A stretch of 37,178 bases of DNA. Origin: a virus. Taxonomy: Duplodnaviria; Caudoviricetes. The stretch is from IMG/VR virus record IMGVR_UViG_3300035182_000512, positions 1 to 37,178 of that record. One strand, 5' to 3'. Below are positions 9,038 to 18,500 of the stretch, piece by piece (the first letter of the stretch is position 1; each line of letters begins with the position of its first letter). The notes below the pieces were generated by a model that was not told the DNA's origin, searched no databases, and saw nothing but the letters and a program-made list of their open reading frames with translations. The position numbers and the translations under genes are program-made.

Positions 9038-9811
9038 ATGCTTTCAACCGTAACCAGCCTGTTTTCCTCTCAAGGCGTCATCCAGCTCGGTGCGCGCGCT
9101 GCTGACGGCACTGTCAAAACCTTCGTCGACATCGGAAATGCGCCAAAAATCAGCGTATCCCTGAAAACCGACGTGGAAGAAATCAAGGAATCCTCTACCG
9201 GTCAGCGCCTGCTCATGGCGCGCCTGGAGAAAGGAAAATCTGCAGAAATCAGCATGGAGCTGCACAACTTCGACAAGCGCACCATCGAAGTGCTGTTGCG
9301 CGGCACGCAGACCCATGTCGTATCCGGAACCGTAACCGCAGAAGCGATGCAGAGCGGAATGGCTGTCGGCGACATTTACCGTACCGCCAAGCCATTCATC
9401 AGCACCGTAGTGATCAAGGACAGCGCCGTCGCGCCGGCAACGCTGGCATACGGAACGGATTACACCCTGGACGCCGATGCCGGACTGGTACGGCTGCTGA
9501 ATGTCACCGGCTTCACCCAGCCGTTCAAGGTTGACTATTCCTATGCTGGCGCAGACGTGAATGCCATGTTCGTTACCGCGCAGCAGGAATACACCGTGTT
9601 TTTCAGCGGCGTCAACACGGCGAACGCCGACAAGCCAGTCCTGGTGGAACTCTATCGCACCATCTTCGATCCGGCAGAAAACATCGACTTCATTTCTGAC
9701 AACGTCAACACGTTTACGCTCAAGGGATCCTTGCTGATCGACTCGACCAAGAGCGCAAGCGATCCCACGCTTGGCCAGTTCGGCCGCATCATGACCAAGA
9801 CGCCTGTCTGA
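9038..9811 (+). CDS. Major tail (tube) protein
   Basis: FSSQG, DIGNA, ESSTGQR, GVNTA...VELYR and LGQFGRI; RBS AAGGAG. Confidence 0.88.
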   Translation: MLSTVTSLFSSQGVIQLGARAADGTVKTFVDIGNAPKISVSLKTDVEEIKESSTGQRLLMARLEKGKSAEISMELHNFDKRTIEVLLRGTQTHVVSGTVTAEAMQSGMAVGDIYRTAKPFISTVVIKDSAVAPATLAYGTDYTLDADAGLVRLLNVTGFTQPFKVDYSYAGADVNAMFVTAQQEYTVFFSGVNTANADKPVLVELYRTIFDPAENIDFISDNVNTFTLKGSLLIDSTKSASDPTLGQFGRIMTKTPV

Positions 9812-9833
9812 TAAATCGTTTTTGGGAGGCGGC

Positions 9834-10115
9834 ATGAAATTACCAAGAATGAGCGGCACGGCTGCATGGACGCTGCTGCTGTGCCTGATCGTATTCGCGA
9901 TCGCGCCGCAGCAGCTCACCGTCGCCGCGTACAAGCTTTTACTCCTCACGCTGGCAGGCGTGGCCGGGTATTGGATAGACCGGGAGATTTTCCCCTACGC
10001 GCGTCCGGATATTTTCATGCACAGCCACAACAACGACATCCGTCTGGCCGCCGCGATGCTGCGCCGGTCGATCATCGTCGCAGCGTCCATGATCGCCGTG
10101 GGGCTGGGGTTATGA
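9834..10115 (+). CDS. Putative holin (2/3-TM family)
   Basis: APQQL..YKL.L..LAGVAGYWIDR.IFPYARP...AMLRRSIIV; directly upstream of the endolysin. Confidence 0.85.
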   Translation: MKLPRMSGTAAWTLLLCLIVFAIAPQQLTVAAYKLLLLTLAGVAGYWIDREIFPYARPDIFMHSHNNDIRLAAAMLRRSIIVAASMIAVGLGL

Positions 10116-10711
10116 GATGGCTCGCATTCACAATCTTGTTGATTGCCGGCACGTGCGCGGCTTCTGTCCCTTTGGCAGCGCAGGCCTATCGAGCCCAGGT
10201 GATCCGCGCTGCCCGTGTCGTGTGGGGTCTGAATGCGCCTACGGCCACCTTTGCGAGCCAGATACACCAGGAGAGCGGGTGGCGCTCCGATGCGCAAAGT
10301 CCCTATGCAGACGGTTTGGCTCAATTTACCCCGGAGACGGCAACGTGGATTAGCGGCGCCTACCGGTCAGAACTTGGCGCGGCAGATCCGTGGAATCCAT
10401 CATGGTCGATACAGGCACTGGTGCGGTATGACAAGCACCTCTATGACAAGCTCGCCGCCGCCACGCCCTGCGATCGCATGGCCATGGCGCTGTCAGCATA
10501 CAACGGCGGCCTCGTCTGGGTAGTGCGCGACAAGGCCAAGGCCGCAGCAAACGGCGATTCAACGACCCGCTGGTGGGGACATGTAGAGCGCTACAACGCC
10601 GGGCGCAGCGCTGAGAATTTCCGCCAAAACCGCGATTACCCGCGCCGCATCCTGCTTATTCACGAGCCAACATACATCCATGCAGGATGGGGCAAGGGAG
10701 TATGCGCATGA
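10112..10711 (+). CDS. Endolysin, SLT lytic transglycosylase with N-terminal signal/anchor
   Basis: QIHQESGW (catalytic Glu), GLAQFTPET, ALSAYNGG and NRDYPRRI. True start is ATG 10112 (MRWLAFTILLIAG). Confidence 0.92.
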   Translation: MRWLAFTILLIAGTCAASVPLAAQAYRAQVIRAARVVWGLNAPTATFASQIHQESGWRSDAQSPYADGLAQFTPETATWISGAYRSELGAADPWNPSWSIQALVRYDKHLYDKLAAATPCDRMAMALSAYNGGLVWVVRDKAKAAANGDSTTRWWGHVERYNAGRSAENFRQNRDYPRRILLIHEPTYIHAGWGKGVCA

Positions 10712-11274
10712 ACATCGATCACAGAAGTGCATTGATCGGCGCGATCCTGTCCCTATCCATCGTGGCCGCCGCGATCGGTTTCCTCGCCTGGTATTTCAAG
10801 GCGCCGGACATTCCGGCAGGCGTGACAGTAACGGCCAATCCAGCGCCGGAAATCAAGCACGAAGCGCCAACCGTCACCATCAAGCCGCAGGCGATAAAGG
10901 TCTATCGTCCCGCTGTCAAGCGCAGCCTGAAACTGCCTGAAACAATTGTGGAAGACGACAACCAGCACGTCATCGCATCCAGCAAGACGGCCAATGATGA
11001 GCACCCCCACACCATCACCACGACGATTGATGCGCAAACCGGAGACGTGCAGACATTCGACCGCACCGATCCGCTGCCGTGGGCAGCCGTCAACACGAAA
11101 TCGGAGATCGGCATCTATTACGGCATGAAGCACGGCGAGCAGGCCGTTCGTATCGAGGGCCGTCAGGAACTGCTGCAGGTCAAGGCGCTGCACCTCGGTG
11201 CCATCGCCAGCGCTGACATGGTTCGCGGAAGCACGGATACTTTTGTCGGAATAGGCGCGTGGGCGAGGTGGTAA
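10708..11274 (+). CDS. Membrane-anchored lysis-cassette protein at the spanin position
   Basis: N-terminal TM helix, Pro/Thr-rich linker and C-terminal amphipathic beta strands ending DTFVGIGAWARW. ATGA-coupled to the endolysin. Confidence 0.7.
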   Translation: MNIDHRSALIGAILSLSIVAAAIGFLAWYFKAPDIPAGVTVTANPAPEIKHEAPTVTIKPQAIKVYRPAVKRSLKLPETIVEDDNQHVIASSKTANDEHPHTITTTIDAQTGDVQTFDRTDPLPWAAVNTKSEIGIYYGMKHGEQAVRIEGRQELLQVKALHLGAIASADMVRGSTDTFVGIGAWARW

Positions 11275-11637
11275 ATGACATGGGCGAGAAGAAAGACCGA
11301 CATGGGATCTGACGTTCGAAACGAAATTATGGAAGCCATCTCCGCCGATGGCGATGTGCCGCAGCGCACCATGCTCAAGCTCATGCTGATGGTGCTGGAC
11401 GAAATCGGCGGAAAAATCGACGCGATCCTGCAGGACGAAACCAGCCTGCGCCACGCCGTGCTGAACGGCCACACCGAGCAGCATGAAGCTCACCACGATT
11501 GGATCGCTGCCCAGATGGAGTCCCAGGCGGCGAACAAGAAAAGCGCGCGCAATATCATCGAATCCATGGTGGAAAAAGTCCTGTATTCCGGTCTGGTCTT
11601 CATGGCCGGCGCGGTGGCAATGAAGGTATTGGGATAA
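11275..11637 (+). CDS. Hypothetical protein with a C-terminal TM helix
   Basis: Coiled-coil-like body followed by VLYSGLVFMAGAVAM. The start may instead be the downstream ATG (MGSDV). Confidence 0.7.
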   Translation: MTWARRKTDMGSDVRNEIMEAISADGDVPQRTMLKLMLMVLDEIGGKIDAILQDETSLRHAVLNGHTEQHEAHHDWIAAQMESQAANKKSARNIIESMVEKVLYSGLVFMAGAVAMKVLG

Positions 11638-11639
11638 TA

Positions 11640-11966
11640 ATGCCAGCCGCCACAAAAAATATCCTGCGCGACCTAGGCGAGACCAAGCCATGGCGTTTGG
11701 AATTACGTAACAACGATGTCGCAATAGACCTCACCGGGTGCCGAGCCGGCATGTCGCTCACCCCGAGATCAGGAGGCGCCGCGACGGAACTTTCAACCGA
11801 TAACGGCGCAATTTCAGCGCTGGATGCCTCTGGTGTCATATCGGTATCCCTGTCCCACCCTCAATATGCCGCATTGCCCATAGGATCGTATTCGATGCGC
11901 CTGTGGATCGTCTGGTCTAACGGAGAACGCGAATACCTGTTGGTCGGTATGTGGAGCATCCGATGA
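11640..11966 (+). CDS. Virion Ig-like / baseplate-upper-protein N-terminal-like adaptor
   Basis: AIDLTGCRAGM...ELSTDNG.I...GVISV...YLLVG pattern, typical of fibre-attachment domains. Confidence 0.65.
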   Translation: MPAATKNILRDLGETKPWRLELRNNDVAIDLTGCRAGMSLTPRSGGAATELSTDNGAISALDASGVISVSLSHPQYAALPIGSYSMRLWIVWSNGEREYLLVGMWSIR

Positions 11967-12460
11967 CCTGGCAGATCGTCGAAACAAATTCGTCAAAAAC
12001 GCTGATCGAAGATGGCGTCGATTTTGTTCTGGTATCTGAAAATATCGTCCTGGTATCTGACATCGAGCAAGGACCACCAGGTCCTCAAGGTCCTCCAGGG
12101 CCAACAGGCGGGAATGCGCTGCAATACCCAGCCGGTGAAGCGCTCGGCGGACACCGCATGGTGGTGCTGGATGACACTGGAAAAGCCATCTATGCCGATA
12201 ACACGGTGCTAAGCCACGCAAACAAGGTGCTTGGCATGACAATCGGGGCAGTCTCTATGGGGGATACTGCAACGATCCAGACTGGCGGGGAGATGACAGA
12301 ACCATCTTGGTCGTGGGTGCTCGATACGCCTATCTGGCTATCGTCGTCAGGGATGCTGACGCAGGTTGCGCCGGTAACTGGATTCAGCCTGATAGTCGCA
12401 TTCCCGATCACCGCAACAAAGGTGTTCATCAATTTACACGAACCAATATTTCTAAACTAG
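11963..12460 (+). CDS. Virion structural protein with a short collagen-like stretch
   Basis: QGPPGPQGPPGPTG followed by an AGEALGGHR...WSW...G.LTQ..P domain. Confidence 0.75.
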   Translation: MTWQIVETNSSKTLIEDGVDFVLVSENIVLVSDIEQGPPGPQGPPGPTGGNALQYPAGEALGGHRMVVLDDTGKAIYADNTVLSHANKVLGMTIGAVSMGDTATIQTGGEMTEPSWSWVLDTPIWLSSSGMLTQVAPVTGFSLIVAFPITATKVFINLHEPIFLN

Positions 12461-12470
12461 GAGAAGCATC

Positions 12471-12986
12471 ATGGCTGGAAACAAATATATCCAAAACAAT
12501 GCAGGCGTGTTGACTGAAGCTGTATCTATTCAAACATCAGGCGGTGCAGGAGACGCTGGAAAAATCCCAGCGCTCGATTCGTCGGGTAGACTCGACACCA
12601 GCATGATGCCGGTTGGTTCGGGTGTAGAAGCAGATGTCATTCCAGCATCCGAGAACCTGGCAGCGGGTAATCTGGTGAACATTTGGAATAACTCTGGTGC
12701 CGCAAATGCTAGAAAAGCCGATGCTACAACTGCAGGAAAAGAGGCCATGGGTTTTGTGCTGGCAGCCGTTACCGCACCTGCAAATGCTACCGTGTATCGC
12801 ACATCGCAGAGCAACACGCAGATGTCTGGACTTACTCCGGGGGCAAAGTATTTCTTGGCAACGACAGCGGGTGGAGTTTCCGCAACAGCACCGTCAGGTT
12901 CAGGCAACGTAGTGCAGCCCGTGGGGGTTGCGATCAATGCGACTACGTTATCGTTCAACCCCGGAGACGTGATCGTTCTGGCCTAA
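12471..12986 (+). CDS. Virion structural / decoration-like protein
   Basis: ASENLAAGNLV...ARKADA...GLTPGAKYFL...QPVGVA; the domain resembles that of the preceding gene; RBS GGAG. Confidence 0.75.
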   Translation: MAGNKYIQNNAGVLTEAVSIQTSGGAGDAGKIPALDSSGRLDTSMMPVGSGVEADVIPASENLAAGNLVNIWNNSGAANARKADATTAGKEAMGFVLAAVTAPANATVYRTSQSNTQMSGLTPGAKYFLATTAGGVSATAPSGSGNVVQPVGVAINATTLSFNPGDVIVLA

Positions 12987-12989
12987 ATC

Positions 12990-13355
12990 ATGGCGACAAA
13001 AAAACCACTGGCTAATTACGGTGGGACGGTGCAAGAACTGTCTGCCGGGGACACGATCCCCGGCTCGTACATCTCCAACGGTTGGCAGATCAAGACGGCT
13101 AACTATACAGCCGTATCCGGCGACAGAATTGTAGCAGACACGTCCGGCGGCGCATTTACGGTCACTCTCCCCGCCTCGCCTTCGGCTGGGAACTATGTTG
13201 AGTTTGCTGACGGTGGCGGTGCGTTAGGGACGAAAAACCTAACAATCAGTCGGAATGGCGGCACCATCATGGGCCTTTCAGAGGACATGACGCTATCCAC
13301 CAACAACGTCAGCGTTGGCCTTGTCTACAACGGAACGACCTGGAGAATCTACTGA
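12990..13355 (+). CDS. Tail-fibre-related protein
   Basis: TANYTAVSGD...DTSGGAFTVTLPASPS.G...LVYNGTTW repeat unit as seen in phage fibre proteins. Confidence 0.75.
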   Translation: MATKKPLANYGGTVQELSAGDTIPGSYISNGWQIKTANYTAVSGDRIVADTSGGAFTVTLPASPSAGNYVEFADGGGALGTKNLTISRNGGTIMGLSEDMTLSTNNVSVGLVYNGTTWRIY

Positions 13356-14311
13356 TGAGCGACCTGAAGCAATTTCTTAATACCAGTATCGGTCGTCGGT
13401 CGGTTATGTATGTACGGAGTAGCCAGACTATTACCGCACTATTTTCTGGGATGTATCGTATTACAGCAATTGGAGCTGGCGGGTCTGGCGCGGCAAAGTC
13501 AGCAGCTAGTCCTTGTGCTGCCTCTGGTGGTGCGGCTGGCGGAACGTGCATCAAGGAAATGTATATCGCGGCAGGGACATCAATCGTCTGCACGATTGGG
13601 GCTGGCGGTGCGGCTGTCCTTCCCGGTGCTGGTGGTGCGGCGAACGGCAATGCAGGGGGAAATACAACAGTTGTTATTGGTTCTACAACTTTGACGGCAA
13701 CTGGCGGCGGCGGCGGACTACAAGCTGCTGGCACAGTTTCAGGCGCTTCTGGCGGCACGGCTTCTGGCGGCGACCTGAACCTAACAGGCGGGGGCAGCGG
13801 CGCAGTTACTGTATCCGGCACTGGCGCAACGGGCGGCGGAGCGGTGAATGTAGGATTTGGTGCTTTTGCCAGTGGAAGTGTTGGAACCAGTGGATATACG
13901 AGCGGTGGTGCAGCCCCATTAGCGGCTTCAATAGCTGCTTCGAATGGTGGAGGAGCCGGTGCCGGCGGCAGCAATAGTGGTTCCGCTGGTGGTCAGAATC
14001 TACTTGGTGCAACAGGCTATCCTTCAGCATCAATAGCTTTTATCGCAATTCCTATATTCGGCGCCGGTGGCTCCGGCTCCAGCACCGGAGGCGCTGGCAG
14101 TGATGGTGGCGGTGGTGGCAGCGGAACCGCCACCGGAGGCGCTGGCGGATTTGGTGGCGGCGGAGGAGCTGGTAGTTCCACCGCCTCTGCAGCCGTCATC
14201 GCTGGCGGTGGCGGCAGAGGAGCTGGCGGCGGCGGATGCTTCAATGCTAGTGCTTCCTACGCTGCAACCTCCGGCGCTGGCGGCCCTGGCATAGTAATTT
14301 TGGAGTATTAA
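13355..14311 (+). CDS. Glycine-rich fibre tip / adhesin-like protein
   Basis: ITAIGAGGSG, TIGAGG, LTATGGGGG and C-terminal GAGGPGIVILEY; many GGxG runs. Confidence 0.8.
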   Translation: MSDLKQFLNTSIGRRSVMYVRSSQTITALFSGMYRITAIGAGGSGAAKSAASPCAASGGAAGGTCIKEMYIAAGTSIVCTIGAGGAAVLPGAGGAANGNAGGNTTVVIGSTTLTATGGGGGLQAAGTVSGASGGTASGGDLNLTGGGSGAVTVSGTGATGGGAVNVGFGAFASGSVGTSGYTSGGAAPLAASIAASNGGGAGAGGSNSGSAGGQNLLGATGYPSASIAFIAIPIFGAGGSGSSTGGAGSDGGGGGSGTATGGAGGFGGGGGAGSSTASAAVIAGGGGRGAGGGGCFNASASYAATSGAGGPGIVILEY

Positions 14312-14312
14312 A

Positions 14313-14666
14313 ATGCGATACGAAATCCTTGATGCAGCAAACGGTAATGTAGTCAATACAATTGATGCCAGCGAAGATTTCTGCGCCGCGTACTATCCAT
14401 TTTATAGACTGGTCGAAGAACCCATTGTGGCTACTCCGAGTATTCGCACGCTAACCAAACTAGCATACATGAACCGCTTTACAGATGCGGAACTCGCTGC
14501 AATTTATACGGTAGCCAAATCTAATGTTCAGGTTGAAGTTTGGCTGGATAAGTTCAAGCTCGCAGAGGAAATAAACCTTGATGATTCCGCAACAATTGCG
14601 GGAGTGCAGGCGCTGGAAGCTGCTGGACTGCTTGCCGCCGGTCGTTCAGCCGAGATTCTTGCGTAA
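14313..14666 (+). CDS. Fibre-associated / assembly chaperone-like protein
   Basis: LTKLAYMNRFTDAELAAI...INLDD...GLL..GR..EIL; follows the Gly-rich gene. Confidence 0.7.
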   Translation: MRYEILDAANGNVVNTIDASEDFCAAYYPFYRLVEEPIVATPSIRTLTKLAYMNRFTDAELAAIYTVAKSNVQVEVWLDKFKLAEEINLDDSATIAGVQALEAAGLLAAGRSAEILA

Positions 14667-14672
14667 GTAAAC

Positions 14673-14933
14673 ATGGTTATTAAGCAACGACTTCTTAATC
14701 TACTCATCGCTGTCGATCAGTTACTATTGGTTACTCTAACGCTTGGTGAGGGTATGCCTGATGAAACTATTAGTGCGGCGTTATACCGCATGGAGCGTGA
14801 GGGAAGACCGTCTGGAAAGCTGTTGCGGCCCTTGGTTGACGTGCTGTTTAGCCCGTTTGAGCACGATCACTGTAAATTGAGCTTTGAGTCAGAGTTACGT
14901 GGTACACAACTACCGCCGGAGTATCGGCAATGA
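14673..14933 (+). CDS. Conserved hypothetical phage protein
   Basis: NLLIAVDQL...PDETISA...DHC..SFESE pattern. Confidence 0.75.
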   Translation: MVIKQRLLNLLIAVDQLLLVTLTLGEGMPDETISAALYRMEREGRPSGKLLRPLVDVLFSPFEHDHCKLSFESELRGTQLPPEYRQ

Positions 14934-14961
14934 CAGAATTACAGCATTGGAGTAATAAAAA

Positions 14962-15375
14962 ATGCACGAACTCGAAACCCTGATCCCGCAGCCAGTCGAA
15001 ATCGAAGTCGGCGGGGAAACGATCACGATCAAACCCGTCACCATGCGCAATCTGCAGCCTGCCATCAAGGCCGCGCTGCCGATTATCCTGGCGCTCAAAT
15101 CCGGCGATCTGGACATCGAGGGGCTCAAGTCGCTTAACATTTTCGCATGGGTGGCAGCCTATGCGAAATACGGCGATGCGCTGCTTGAAATGGTGTCGTA
15201 CATGACAGGGATCGCGCATGACGATCTGTTGGAATGCGCTCCGGACGAGGTGATCCTGGCGGCCTCGGCGGCAATCAGGGCGAACCTGGATTTTTTCGCA
15301 TCATTGGCGCGCCGGACACGGGCCGCGCCAATGACGGAGCAGGTCAAGACTGGGCAGAAGCCTTCCAGCGTCTGA
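14962..15375 (+). CDS. Tail assembly chaperone (gpG-like)
   Basis: Precedes the tape measure gene and contains the slippery site in NLDFF. Confidence 0.85.
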   Translation: MHELETLIPQPVEIEVGGETITIKPVTMRNLQPAIKAALPIILALKSGDLDIEGLKSLNIFAWVAAYAKYGDALLEMVSYMTGIAHDDLLECAPDEVILAASAAIRANLDFFASLARRTRAAPMTEQVKTGQKPSSV

Positions 15376-15560
15376 TCGGCGCCGGACATAGATACGACGC
15401 GATTCTGGATTACACCCTGGGCCAGTTCCATGCCTTCGGCGCGGCGGCGGTAAAGCTGGAAAACGAGCGTCTGCGCAGCCTGCTGATGGTAGTTAAGGTT
15501 GGTGCGAACGGGGGTAAAGAGAGTTACGAGAAAATGATGCAGGCGTTGGGGGCGAAATGA
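15291..15560 (+). CDS. -1 frameshift extension of the tail chaperone (gpGT-like)
   Basis: T TTT TTC heptamer at 15291-15297. The -1 frame stays open (W..AFQRLIGAGH...ILDYTLGQF) to a stop overlapping the tape measure ATG. Confidence 0.82.
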   Translation, partial: FFRIIGAPDTGRANDGAGQDWAEAFQRLIGAGHRYDAILDYTLGQFHAFGAAAVKLENERLRSLLMVVKVGANGGKESYEKMMQALGAK

Positions 15561-18500
15561 ACGATCTTGAATTAAATATCAAGCTGAAACTGGCAGCGGA
15601 ACAGTTAGTTTCTGATTTGACTCGCGTCACTACGCAATTCGAGCAGTCTATGGTCGGCATGAAGGATGCTGCCGAATCCGCAGGCGGCACCGGAGAGTCT
15701 TTCAGTAAAATTGGCACCAGCGCTTCGGAAGCAACCTCGGGAGTCGCCGGACTTAGCGTCAGTTTAGGTCAACTGGGAGCAGCACTGTCGGGCATAGCCG
15801 CTTCCGTCGGTGTTGTCGCTCTGCTCAAATCGTTGGTGGAATCCGGCATCAACTACAACGCCACGCTCGAAACCTCGAAGATGGGCATCACCAGCCTGAT
15901 CGCGGCGCAGTCTGACCTGACAGATTCACAGGGCAAGCTGTTGACCGGCACCGAGGCGTTAGACGCCGCGCAGGCCCTGGCGGAAGGCCAGATGCAGAAG
16001 CTAAAAATTGCGGGACTGCAAACATCGGCGACCTTCCAGCAATTGGCCGAGGCCTACCAGGTAGCTGTAGGAGCCGGTCTTGGCGCCGGTCTCAATTTGG
16101 ATCAGATCCGCACCCTCACCGTTCAAATCACTCAAGCGGCTGGAGCCCTGGGCGTCCCGATGTACCAGATCAACCAGGAAGTGCAATCTATCCTGGCCGG
16201 CACCATCGATTTTAATTCGCGCGTAGCAAAGTCGCTGGGCATCAGCAACGAAATGATGGTCACATGGAAAGCTCAGGGCGTCCTGGCCGACGAATTGAAC
16301 AAGCGGCTGGCTACGTTCTCCGAAATGGGCGCGCGCATCGCCGATACCTGGGTGGCTGCTAAATCCAATATGGTAGAGGTCCGGGATACCCTCATGGGCA
16401 TCGCCACGGAGGGGATGTTCGATAATCTGAAGAAGTCCATTAATGATGCCATCGGACAATTGATCGATGTTTCCAAGGGGACCATCAGGAGCGACCTGAA
16501 TGCTTTGGTCAGCAATATGTCCACGGCTTTTAGCGCGATTGGTAAAGAAATCGGGAGCTGGATCACCGGATTCGTGGATGGACTCAAGGATGCATCTGCC
16601 TGGCTGGAAAAGAATCAGGGCTATGTCAACGAGACCGCCGAGTCGTTCAAGCTGCTGTGGGATCAGGTTAAGGGACTGGTAGGAGAGTTGCTTGGTGCTG
16701 CGGGCGCGGTTGGTTCTGTGGATGCCCAAACCGGCACGCTGGCCAAGACGATGCAGGTGGTTGCCGTATTCGTGGGCTATGTGCGTGATGGCGTTGATGC
16801 GCTAAAAATATCTTTCTCACTATTCGCCAGTAGCACTGCCGGGTTAATCGAGTCCCTAGTCAGAGGCATGGCTGTGCTCACGTTCGGCAAAGCCAGGGAT
16901 GAGTTGCTCTCCGTTGCTGATAGTCTGCATGCGGCAGCTCAAGTGAATTTCGACAATGCAACCGAATCAATTGATAACTTCGCTTCCAAAGGGGCTGAAG
17001 CTGGTGCGGAGTTGGCCAAGCTGAACGCAGAGGTTGAAAAGGCAGGGAAGAGTGATGGTTTCAAGGCCATGCAAGACGATATCTCCGCATTCAATGAGAA
17101 GTTGGCGAGCGGGCAATACACCCAACAACAACTCCTGGACCTGGCCGGCCAGCTCCAGGTCAAGTTCAATGCGATGGGAAGAGACGGCGCCGCCAGCATG
17201 GCAGAGGTCGAGCTGGCGGTTAAATCGCTAGATACAGGTGTGACCGCCGTTCAGAAAAGCTCCATGGCAATGGATGCTGCGTTAAAAGATCTGAAAGTAG
17301 ATACCGGGCATCTTTCCGGCGGCGTCAGTACCTTCGCCATCGAGTCAGTCAACGAATTCGCCAAGGTAGCATCCGCAGCGGGTGCCACAGGGTCAACCAT
17401 ATCAGCCGCATTCAATAATGCGCTAGGCCAGACTAAATTCAAGGAAGACGTTGACGCTCTTGTGGCTGATCTCAATAAAGCCAACGCTGCCGGGAAACTC
17501 ACCAGTCAGGAATTCGCGTTGGCAATGGCTGGGGCTATGGCCAAAATACAAGAGTTTTCAGGTGATGTTGGAACCGAATTCTCTAAGGCTTACAGTGATG
17601 CCGCTATCTCGCTGCACAATATAGAAAATGATGCAAAGGCTACCGCAGGACAAGTACAGACGGCCTTCAATAAGCTGATCGACGAGGCCAAGACTAAACA
17701 GGAAGCCGAAGCGCTTAAAGCGGAATTCGATCTGCTCAAGAATTCCGGAAAACTTTCGGCAGCGGAAATAAAAGACGAATACACCCGCCTGCAAGACAAA
17801 TTGCGCGAAACTGCCGGCCAGATAGACGGATCGCTGGGTGACGCCTTCAAGCGCATGGGCGCGAAATCCGCCGAGGCCATGAACGCGGCTTTCGCTCAGA
17901 TGGTAGATGATTTCAATCGCATCAAGGCATCCGGCATCGCCTCCGCAGAAGGCATCGACGCCGCTTACCAGAAAATAAAATCCTCATTGGCCTCCAGCAT
18001 CCAGGCCATGACCACCGCCAGCCGCGAAGCGCTGCAAGCAGCAAAAGACCACACTACCGCAATACAGGCTGGCGTGGATGCAATAAAGGCGGAAGCCTCT
18101 GCCATATCAGCTTCGGCCAACGCGCAGAAAGCAGACGCGGAATACGCGAAGGCCAGCGACGAGGCCATGAAATCCGGCAGCGCATCGGCGCGCGCAAAGG
18201 CCGACGCGCTCGGCGTGGCGGCGCAGGCCGCCCACGCAGCGGCGGATGCGGCCCAGGCAGACGCGACAGCATCTCGGGCAGCAGCGGAAGCGGCAAAAGC
18301 CGAGGAAGCGGCAAAGATCGCGCTGGCAGCCGCTGCCGCAAACCCGACCGAGGCGACCAAACAGGCCGCTGCAGCCGCGCAGGACTACGCCAACCAGACC
18401 GCGCGCGGAGCGGAAGAGGCGAGACAGGCGGCAGCGCAGGCGCAAGCCGTGGCGGCGGGTATGGCATCCGCCGCCAGCGAGGCGTCCGCCATGGCGTCAT

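Noticed and set aside
9834-9851. Holin/antiholin dual-start motif (Met-Lys-Leu-Pro-Arg-Met)
   Set aside because: The second ATG has no clear SD or regulatory stem, so it cannot be supported from sequence alone.
7351-11724. Long antisense ORFs (7351-8187, 9044-9949, 10753-11724)
   Set aside because: They are shadows of well-supported + strand genes in GC-rich DNA, with no motifs or RBS.
11963-14666. Diversity-generating retroelement or invertible tail-fibre cassette
   Set aside because: No reverse transcriptase, no invertase and no template/variable repeat pair were seen.
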